This document shows positions 1 to 7,505 of a stretch of 13,169 bases of DNA, one piece after another. Within the stretch, counting starts at the first letter, position 1, and every line of letters begins with the position of its first letter. The notes under the pieces were generated by a model. That model was given only the letters and a program-made list of their open reading frames with translations, had not been told where the DNA came from and did not search any database. Source of the DNA: Paraspadella gotoi. Taxonomy: Eukaryota > Animalia > Chaetognatha. The position numbers were made by a program, and so were the translations under genes. The DNA is taken from the NCBI GenBank assembly GCA_051294375.1, contig JBJCIZ010000585.1, forward strand, positions 1 to 13,169. Reading direction: 5' to 3'.

Positions 1-63
1 TGGATAAGATTTAGGGATTAGGCTTAAGCATTAGGAATAGGGATAAGAGTTATTATTAATTAG
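1..63 (+). repeat. Degenerate telomere-like ~6-nt repeat (TTAGGG/TTAGGC/ATAGGG variants)
   Basis: Seen: ...tttaggg attaggc ttaagc attagg aataggg ataag... with roughly 6-nt periodicity. Only one exact TTAGGG; cut by the window edge. Confidence 0.35.
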
Positions 64-148
64 TAAGAGGCTATAATTAAATACTTAGATTAAAATAAAA
101 TTTCGCAAAATGGTGCATAGTTATTTTGTGGTTCCATCTTATTTTCAT

Positions 149-650
149 GACGGCGACGAAACGAATTTCCATTTCTTTTTATCCAAGAATCAAATCGACT
201 ATTTTTTTTCTTTTTTCTTTTTTCTTTTTTTTTTCAATTCTGTTTTGTTGTTTTTTTGTGTTTCCGATTTGCTTTCTCTTACTTTTTCTCGCCGAGGTTT
301 AACATTAACCCCCACCGCGGAATTCGGCGTTCTCTCTCAAGCTGAGGTAGCGCTACGCTCGTTTTGCTGGCTGAGGTCGCCAAACGAGGTGCGAGTGCGG
401 GGCTCAAGAACCGCACTGTTACTCTTGTTTTGTGTGCAAAGCGCCGTAACGCACAAAAATAGCCGCCTTGCAAATCCGCAACAGGAAAGGTAAGATTTAT
501 GTTCGATCGAAGTTAAACTTTCACTCTTTTTTTCATTCTCGCTTCCATTGGCCGATCCATGCAGTTGTTGATGAAGGAGTTTTGTTTGTTCTGGTCCCGG
601 CGGTTTTCGCACGTCTCTCCAGGATTCGCGCCCCCGCAGACGATTAAAGT
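149..650 (+). pseudogene. Frameshifted, spliced fragment resembling an exosome RNase PH-domain subunit (Rrp46/EXOSC5 or Rrp41-like)
   Basis: Motif pieces in the family order if indels are allowed: DG(R)RNE at 149-165; T-rich intron ending AG 295-296; AEFGVLSQAE/GSATL-VLLA at 317-372 (cf. LLSRADGSA...VLA); PNEVRVR at ~380-400 (cf. GPxEVK); donor AG|GTAAGA at 490; acceptor CAG 562-564; PR-TIKV at ~632-650 (cf. HPRTSIxV). Several frameshifts are needed, so the family call is inference. Confidence 0.45.
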
Positions 651-2194
651 TTGTTTTACTTCCTCATCTTTTTTTTGCCGACTAAGCCGCTCGCTCTTCA
701 GAGAACGAAGCACATTGACCGAATACGAACTTTTACCTTTGTCGCTTTTTGAGTACACCGAAAATCAAGGATTTCACTATCGCTATTGGAAGCCACGAAG
801 GATAAGTTTCATAGTCTATAACCAATAAAGATGTGCACAGTAAAAAATTGAACTTGTCCTTTGAGGTGCACTAAACAGAGGGGAAGGATCATGAGTCCAT
901 GTGTCAGCTATGCAAGTTATGGAAGTGTAATCAGATGTCGATCTCTATTCCGGTGAAATAGTAAAATGGTCGAGAGTTGATATAATAGCATGCCGTGAAG
1001 CTACATATCTATGAATATAGGCGTCGACTGTTATCCCAGTGGATTTGTAGATATCCTAGTGAGGTACTACGTTAATGTCTGGAGTGACAGACATCGAGCC
1101 CGTGACGAGTAAGAATGGGGACCCTGCGGCTCGCGTGGGGCTCACTATCTCGATTCAGCCGAGCGGATCAAATCTGTGACCGTATCCCGGAACAGGGCCT
1201 GATGAACCATTATTTCATATCGGGGGCCTTTCTTGGAGTCACGTTAGCGAGAAAGGAGAGCTTCGTTATTGAATAGTCGATGGAAGAAGGACTGTGTGGT
1301 TGTTGTTATTATATAGGGTGTGGTGGTGAATAGAGGGATGATTCGGGCGTGGTGGAAGCCTGGATTGAGTCAGGGATAGGGGGCAGCTAGGGGAGTTTAA
1401 ACAGGGGTCGACAGCAACCTTGAGGGTCCCTTATATTATAGGATGGTGGAGGTGAGGGATCTGAATGCTCGACTCAGAGGCATGTGTGCTGGCATCACAG
1501 CCAGGGTGAGAGGGGCCTCGAGCCGCTTAAGGGATGGGAAGCCATGTGGGGCGACCTTGAGCATATGGTGGAGCCAGAAGAGGGGCGCATATTGTTCGGG
1601 CTCAGTTTGTTTTTTTCCTTTACAGGTGACCAGTATATATGGATATTTTTTTTAATTTTTTTTGAATTATTTGTGTGATGTAATGGTGTTCTTCCTTCAA
1701 ATTTGATTTTTATATTGACTGGCATTTGTATACCTGCGTCATTTTTTTGTAAACTGATTTATAGTATCCAATTCTGTTTTTCATTTTATGTTTTCGATTT
1801 ATACATTAGTTTAAATAAACGTTGAATTTTAGTTTAAAATGTTACATCTGACAGATATTTATATTTGTTTTAAATTTTTTTTTTTTCAAGAAGAGGATAT
1901 GCAGAAGATTTCTACTGTCAATAAGCTAATTATATATCATCATAAATAATTTATATTATCTACATATGTATAGATAAGTAGGTCTTTGGTGTTATTCATG
2001 GGACGACTCTTAGCGCACAGACTACCATTTCCGCGCGCTTTCTTCTTCCCAGAAGGTGGCGGGGCAGGGCCAGGGGGCCTCATCGTAGAGATGCTTTCCG
2101 TCAATCAAACCTTTCCTTGATTCAAAAGTCCGGATAGACTATCAAGTAATCTTCGGGCCACATCCATCAGTCCCGCGACAGAGAAGAGTTCAAT

Positions 2195-2635
2195 GTTCAA
2201 GTCGACGTCAACACTGTCAAGGCTCTGCATTTCCTTTGAAGGTAACGTTTCCGAATCGACCGTTCACACTTCAAAGGCGTCTCATTTTCCTTTGAAGTAA
2301 CGTTCAAGATGGCAACCGTCAACACTTCAATGTGTCTCATTCCTTTGAACGGCTAGCTTCGATCGACCGTCACACTTCAAGGGTCTGCCATGTTCCTTTC
2401 GAAGGTTAAGTTCCGAATCGTAGCCGGTCGCACCACTTCATATTTGTGTCTCATTCCTTGTGAAGGTAAGTTCGAATCGGACCGGGTCAACACCTTCATT
2501 GTGGTCCTCATTATCTTTGAAGGGTAAGTTCGAATCGACCGTCAACACTTCAATGTGTCTCATTATCTTTGAAGGTAAGTTCGAATCGACCGTCAACACT
2601 TCAATGTGTCTCATTTCCTTTGAAGGTAAGTTCAA
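2195..2635. repeat. 51-nt tandem repeat, about 8 copies; consensus ttgaaggtaagttcgaatcgaccgtcaacacttcaatgtgtctcatt(tcct/atct)
   Basis: Seen: gaaggtaagttc at 2571 and 2622 (period 51). Earlier copies start near 2236, 2292, 2345, 2399, 2460 and 2517 and carry more indels; a partial copy starts near 2195. Confidence 0.93.
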
Positions 2636-2840
2636 ATTGACTGAAAGATTTTGTGACCTCGCGTCCGGTCATTTTTCCCTGGTCATTTAGTTGACCTTTT
2701 AAGACAAGGGGCTCACGTAAATCGTGAATGCGCGAATATTCGTTGATGTGTGATTTAAGTATTAGTGACTAGTAAGGTGTAGTGAAAGTTGCAGATAAAA
2801 ATACGAATAGTTGTTCATGAACAGTTTTGTACTAACTAAA

Positions 2841-3394
2841 GAACATTGATATATAAAAAAATGTTTTTTTTAAATTCCTCAATTTTCGTATAAGCCTATA
2901 TTTTTATACATAATACTCACCATGGAAAATGGCAAAATTTTATTAAGTAAGCTAAAAATTTAAAAAAATATTTTTTATACTAAAACTATAACTATAACAG
3001 ATTTTTAGGATNNNNNNNNNNNNNNNNNNNNNNNNNNNNNNNNNNNNNNNNNNNNNNNNNNNNNNNNNNNNNNNNNNNNNNNNNNNNNNNNNNNNNNNNN
3101 NNNNNNNNNNNNNNNNNNNNNNNNNNNNNNNNNNNNNNNNNNNNNNNNNNNNNNNNNNNNNNNNNNNNNNNNNNNNNNNNNNNNNNNNNNNNNNNNNNNN
3201 NNNNNNNNNNNNNNNNNNNNNNNAGAAAGTTATATTTCCCTATATCAACTTTTTGTGAGGAATTCAAATCTGCTTATAAAAATAAGAAAAAAACATTTTA
3301 AAATTTTAACATTTTCTATGGTGAGTATTATATATAAATATGGGCATATGCGAAAATCGAAAAATAAAAAAAAAAATTTTATTTAAAAATGTTC
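2841..3394. mobile_element. AT-rich element with ~100-bp imperfect inverted repeats (MITE or fold-back-like), centre unsequenced
   Basis: Left arm 2841-2942 is the imperfect reverse complement of right arm 3299-3394. Perfect 14-bp core ataatactcaccat (2910-2923) / atggtgagtattat (3318-3331); outer ends gaacatt / aatgttc. No target-site duplication or transposase seen, so the MITE call is inference. Confidence 0.55.
3012..3223. other. Assembly gap (212 N)
   Basis: Run of N seen directly. Confidence 0.99.
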
Positions 3395-3844
3395 GAATTT
3401 TGATTTAACTTGATTTTAATATTTTTGCTACGCTTGAGTGATTAGTGAGAGAGTGTGAAATGATTCGGGGTTAAGTTTGGCGATGGTGAAAAATCAGGTT
3501 GGTATTTGGTATTTGAGGATGGCACAACATTATGTAACGTAATTTAAATATGTGTGAAGTATAGAGTTAGTACTTCCGCGTTGGTGGCTACCGACGACCC
3601 AGGCCGGCAATCCTGGTCACAGTCTTTTTCTCCCCTTTTGCGTCTTTTTTTCATTGCAACTATTTCTTTATTCTCCTGACTGCTTAAAGCAAGCGGGAGG
3701 AGGAAGAGGAAAAGAACAAAAAAAAAAAAAAAGAAGACCCGGAGAGAGAGCGGACCATGAGTCCACCTAACTCGGACCAAAGAAACTCGGGCGATCATTC
3801 CGATCGAAAATTTATTCTCAAAATTCTGCGTTGTTTAACCGGTA

Positions 3845-3921
3845 GGGGTATAGCTCAGTGGTAGAGCATCGACTGCAGATCGCAAGAGAGTCCCTCTGTT
3901 TCAAATTCCGGGTGACCCCCT
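3845..3921 (+). tRNA. tRNA-Cys(GCA) with indels (sequence error or pseudogene)
   Basis: GGGGTATAGCTCAGTGGTAGAGCAT-CGACTGCAGATCG...GTTTCAAATTCCGGGTGACCCCCT matches the eukaryotic tRNA-Cys pattern. Anticodon GCA 3875-3877, intact A box, extra bases in the variable and T arms, TTTT at 3928-3931. Confidence 0.85.
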
Positions 3922-4004
3922 GTGTTGTTTTCCGATGTTCTTTGTTTTTCAATCGTTTTTTCTTTCTTGTGAAAAGTTACTTCGGAATTCACTTTAAGCA
4001 GACT

Positions 4005-4083
4005 GGCCGGTATAGCTCAGCGGTAGAGCATTCGACACTGCAGCATCGAGAGAGGTTCCCTGGTTCAATTCCGGGTGCCCCCT
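4005..4083 (+). tRNA. tRNA-Cys(GCA), second copy, with indels
   Basis: GG(CC)GGTATAGCTCAGCGGTAGAGCATTCGAC(AC)TGCAG(C)ATCGAGAGAGGTTCCCTGGTTCAATTCCGGGTGCCCCCT. Anticodon GCA 4040-4042; A box and B box (GGTTCAATTCC) both present. Confidence 0.85.
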
Positions 4084-5032
4084 GATTTCATACTTATTTA
4101 CTTTGTAGTCTATTTTTCAAATAAGCCATTTTTCAAAACTTTAGGCCACTTGTTATTGTTGAGATAATAACCTTTTAAGGTTTTCAACCTTAAATTTGCG
4201 TCCTTTATGAGCCATGGCTGGGCATTGGTGCCACATAACTCTTTCTATACTTAATTTGCTCCTTATTCGGAGCGAACAATTGAAACGTGGATTAAAATCA
4301 AAAACATTTTTAGAACCTACTTGTCTAGCTTTTAGTAGATATTAAAAATTGCTGCTTGCCAAAACGTTTAGAGGAAAATGGCGTCATTGTGTCATGAGTC
4401 AATTTTTTCAGTGAGGCGCAAGAACATGACAAGCTGACTTTACTGTTTTTTTTACAAACGGACCCAAACTGAGATTTTTGCTAGATTAATTAATGGAGTA
4501 ATTTTTTTGCTTTTTTGGATAAATGTCAACGAGAAAAAAACTAACGGCGAAAAAAATCATTCTTGTTCCTCCATGGATGAGTAAGCATGACCCAGAGGAA
4601 TAAAAAGGATTTCATGTTGGAATTAGTTCAGTGACTGCATCTAGCACACTTTAGCGCACACGCTATTGTTTTATGGCTGAACCCATCAATGATGCAGCAA
4701 CAAGGCTCCATGGCTTGCTGCGCCGCAGTTGCAAAAGAGCATTGCTTCTCTTTAAGAGTCATTCCATCCAAAAGCATTAATGACAATCATAATTTGGCAA
4801 TGAAATCGGTCATTTGTAAAAATGATTAACAATTTTATGAAAAAATAATAAGTTTTATACTAAAAATTATTTTTTTAAAAAGCTTGAAAATACGCCTATC
4901 TTATTCTTCTTAGCGGCTTTTGCAGTTATCAGCCTATAGTTTTAAAAGAGAGCTTCTGGTGTTTGTTATCATATTGCCGGGCAAGGGGGCTTTGGCTTGT
5001 TAGCAGCATATTGGCGGAGGAGGGAACAGTTT

Positions 5033-5159
5033 TTAACGTCGGGCTTTTCGGGTGAACTTGGTCGCGTCCTGTCCGCCATCTGCCGCTGCTGTGGGACGCG
5101 AACCTCGTGGCCGGCACCGACTTTAAGATAAAAAAACCCAATAAAATTATTGGATGTAC
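5033..5159 (-). pseudogene. Frameshifted C-terminal exon resembling serine carboxypeptidase (peptidase S10), catalytic His region
   Basis: Minus strand: pyrimidine tract plus CAG acceptor (AG 5161-5160), then (G)YIQ / NFIGFFYLKVGAGHEV (GAGHEV at 5118-5101) / QQRQMA / ATKFTR...TAA 5035-5033. Comparable to the S10 pattern GYVxxYxxLTFxTVxGAGHxVPxxQPxxAxxxxxxF. Only this motif supports the call. Confidence 0.45.
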
Positions 5160-5227
5160 CTGAGAAGTTGAAAAAGCGAGAGAGAGTCAATGGTCTCGCC
5201 GACCGCGCACGAGGAGGGACCAGACTG

Positions 5228-5420
5228 GGAGAGAGAAAGAGAGTAGCTCGTTGGTGTCTTGGATGAGAGAGAAAGAGAGGATACGATAAGAACGAAGAGA
5301 GAGAAAAGGAGGAGAGAGAGAGGAGATGAGAGAGAGGAGAGACGAGAGAGATGAGAGAGAGATGAGAGAAATGGGAGATGGACGGGAAGAGGAGAAAGAA
5401 ATGGAGGAGGAGGATGAGGA
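5228..5420. repeat. GA-rich low-complexity / (GA)n block
   Basis: Almost pure purine on the + strand with (GA)n and (GGA)n runs. Confidence 0.9.
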
Positions 5421-5496
5421 AAGCGCCGCCCCCCCCATGAGAAAAACCATTTTTCAGTCATAACATTTCATCGGCCCATTTTTTCCGAAGATTCCA

Positions 5497-5545
5497 CTCT
5501 CTTCTCTCTCTTCTCTCTCTCTCTCTCTCTCCTCTCTCGTCTCTC

Positions 5546-5577
<32 letters not shown>

Positions 5578-5745
5578 CCAAGGATAATGTCTTCAATTAC
5601 TTTGTTCTCCTTCTTTGAAGCGGAACAAACTGGATTTCCTCTCCTGTCTCTCTCTTTCTCTCTATCCCTTTTTTCTTCTTTCCTTTTCCTATCCCTTTCC
5701 TTTCTATCCCTTTTCTTCTTTTCCTTCTCTTTTCTATTTTCTTCC
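5497..5745. repeat. (CT)n microsatellite and polypyrimidine block
   Basis: Long (CT)n runs at 5497-5577 and a C/T tract at 5636-5748, ending at a CAG (5752-5754). Confidence 0.9.
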
Positions 5746-5787
5746 TTTACGCAGACGACCCCTGGGTCCACCCCCCCCTTTTCTTAG

Positions 5788-5880
5788 ACGCTCGTGGGTA
5801 CCCGTTCTTACCCCTCGGGAATCATTGATTTTGAAAAATCGGATGTCAGGTCTAAGGATCGATCCCCATCGTTTCATTAA
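5788..5880 (+). CDS. Possible upstream exon of the glutamate dehydrogenase
   Basis: After ttttcttag: (TL)VPVLTPRESLILKNRM...DPHRFIK, loosely like the GdhA stretch SLxPVL...ILERMxEPERxI. Weak; supported mainly by position. Confidence 0.3.
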   Translation, partial: TLVGTRSYPSGIIDFEKSDVRSKDRSPSFH

Positions 5881-6004
5881 AAAAAAACCTATTCAGTCAT
5901 TATCACATTGTCGTTTCTCCTTTTTCTTCTCTTTGCTCTCTCTCTGTCGTCTCTCTCTATCTCTGTCTCTCTCTCTTTCTCTCCCTCCCTTATGTTTTGA
6001 CCAG

Positions 6005-6157
6005 GGTGGGCGCATCCACATTCAACAACGCCTGGTCCCCTACAAAGGCGGACTTCGCTTCCACCCAAATCTCCAAACAGACGAAATAAAGTTTCTCGCT
6101 TTTTGAGCCAACATTTTCAAGAAACGCCTCACGGGGATTCTATGGGAGGCGCAAGCC
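6005..6157 (+). CDS. gdhA: Glutamate dehydrogenase (NADP/gdhA-type) exon, frameshifted as given
   Basis: CT tract plus CAG acceptor 6002-6004. In-frame PYKGGLRFHPNLQTDEIKFLAF (6038-6103); with indel correction the flanks read FNNA(LG) and E(Q)IFK(N)ALTGI(P)MGGA(K). Donor GTGAGA at 6158. These are hallmark GdhA motifs. Confidence 0.88.
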
Positions 6158-6464
6158 GTGAGACGGGACATGTGTGGTGAAAGATGTGGACTATGGAAGT
6201 CAGTGGGTGGTGAGGGTGAGATGTGAGGAAGTGTGGTTGTAGGGGAAAGAAATAGATCAGCGGAAGCATGACTAGACAGGGCGATGAAAGAACACCAAGA
6301 CAAAGCACAAGACAAGAACAAGAAAAAAAAAGTTAAGACAATTATAATTATTGAAACATTAAAAAACAATAATATAATATTATTTGTTTATAATTAACAT
6401 TAAGTTCAAAGGTTAATCCTTTCATTTCTTCTCTCTCCTCTCTTCTCTACTCTCTGTGGTGAAG

Positions 6465-6713
6465 GTTGAGATTCACACCAACGTCGTCGAAAATGTACTA
6501 ACTTGGAGTCGCACACGAGACAAAGAAAAAGGTAGATATCGAATATTTGAAAGCGTTTATGACTATTCGAACAATACCTCGGAGACTCGTAAGAACGAAG
6601 TTTCTGCCGGGGCGAACAACTTTTGGTTGAGAATTCATAGAACTAAACACGTGCCTCGCGTAAACTCTGTGAATCGAGGCGGCGCGAAAAAAAAGGACAC
6701 AGATACTACTTGA
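6465..6713 (+). CDS. Unidentified exon-like ORF between the two GDH exons
   Basis: Polypyrimidine tract 6421-6455 and AAG 6462-6464, then 82 open codons of non-repetitive sequence (VEIHTNVVENV...). No family recognised. Confidence 0.3.
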   Translation, partial: VEIHTNVVENVLTWSRTRDKEKGRYRIFESVYDYSNNTSETRKNEVSAGANNFWLRIHRTKHVPRVNSVNRGGAKKKDTDTT

Positions 6714-6815
6714 TTCATAAAACGTCGTTATTCGTGAACCGAGAGAAAGAGTCGTGCCCCTAACATCTTGCTTACACACTCCCCCCTCCCTATCTCTGGC
6801 CCCACGCACGGCTAG

Positions 6816-7018
6816 CACGCCGCGCCCGATCTCGACATCAAAGGACTATCACCTGAGAAGACAAAAAAAAGCGAATTTGAAAAGTTTTGCGACGTTCGGA
6901 CCTTGTTCTTTCCCCTACAATTTCGGGGCGCCACATCCGACGTCCCAGCGGGAGACATCAACAGTGGGACGGACCGGAGCATCTGCTGCTCTTTAACATG
7001 TTCAAGAAAAATCAACAG
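6816..7018 (+). CDS. gdhA: Glutamate dehydrogenase exon (DVPAGDI region), frameshifted as given
   Basis: DLDIKGLS...EFEKFC (cf. DFDPKGKSDxEIxRFC), GATSDVPAGDIN with DVPAGDI at 6939-6959, then LLFNMFKKIN after a frameshift (cf. YLFGQYKRL). TAG acceptor 6813-6815; donor AG|GTGAGA at 7019. Not in the supplied ORF track. Confidence 0.82.
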
Positions 7019-7119
7019 GTGAGATGAAGCTTGTGGCAGCAGTGGGCAGGGCGGGGGCGGGCGCGCGCCGCGGGACGTGGGCCGGGGGGGGGGCGGCTGA
7101 CGGGTGTCCTGGTGCATAG
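7019..7119 (+). other. Probable GC-rich spliceosomal intron
   Basis: GTGAGA donor 7019, CTGAC branch-like motif 7097-7101, TAG acceptor 7117-7119; then 16 nt and another donor-like GTATGT at 7136. Confidence 0.5.
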
Positions 7120-7289
7120 TCCGTTTAAAGCTCAAGTATGTTGTCCACAATGACTTATGGGTTATCAATGTTGGAGCTCCTGTGGTAGGAGTTTGTCTAA
7201 GGACCTGGGGGTTGAAAAAGAAAAGGAGAAAAAAGAGGAAAGGGAGGAGTTAAAAGGGGCATTGGAACTTCTTTCCAAATTTTCTTGTA

Positions 7290-7362
7290 GCCTTTGATAG
7301 TAGTAGGAGGTTAGTATTTCGGTTGTGGTCGCGACCCCAGGTTCGAATCCTGGTTCACCGCA
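7290..7362 (+). tRNA. tRNA-His(GTG), degenerate, probable pseudogene or error-rich copy
   Basis: GCCTTTGATAGTAGTAGGAGGTTAGTATTTCGGTTGTGGTCGCGACCCCAGGTTCGAATCCTGGTTCACCGCA follows the eukaryotic tRNA-His layout. Anticodon GTG 7325-7327; perfect T arm CCAGG-TTCGAAT-CCTGG; imperfect acceptor and anticodon stems; no adjacent T4 terminator. Confidence 0.75.
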
Positions 7363-7505
7363 GTCCGTCTTGTATAATTAAATTTACTAAAAGCTGAACG
7401 AAAGGTATGTTTAAATTAAACAATATTCTGTTCGCAGCAAGAAAGAAAACCTCAATGCTTTCACTCGGCTAACAGCTTCTCTTTTCCCATTTTCCTGCTC
7501 TTTTT

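Noticed and set aside
880-1260. Decayed LTR reverse transcriptase on minus (IVSPT...SPFLLV...DAY)
   Set aside because: Faint resemblance only; several stops; no DYRxLN or YxDD motif.
1290-1640. G-rich plus-strand block with three short overlapping ORFs
   Set aside because: Strand skew is real, but no periodic repeat or protein motif is recognisable.
1961-1970. 10-bp palindrome tacatatgta (also cgaatattcg at 2733-2742)
   Set aside because: Palindromes this short are expected by chance in 13 kb.
2195-2635. CRISPR array
   Set aside because: Units are head-to-tail with no unique spacers; variation is scattered indels; no cas genes; eukaryotic context.
2992-3267. 91-aa ORF across the gap
   Set aside because: Made mostly of N codons.
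3544-3680. SUI1/eIF2D-like exon on minus (KRRK...KTVTRIAGL)
   Set aside because: Needs a frameshift, is very short and hits a stop; insufficient evidence.
3858-4085. 75-aa plus-strand ORF
   Set aside because: Overlaps the two tRNA-Cys genes; spurious.
4500-4820. hAT transposase relic on minus (VLDAVT...PT*N)
   Set aside because: Motif spacing is wrong, stops occur in all frames examined, and there is no other support.
5147-5787. Several 66-105 aa ORFs rich in RE or SL
   Set aside because: Translations of (GA)n/(CT)n microsatellites.
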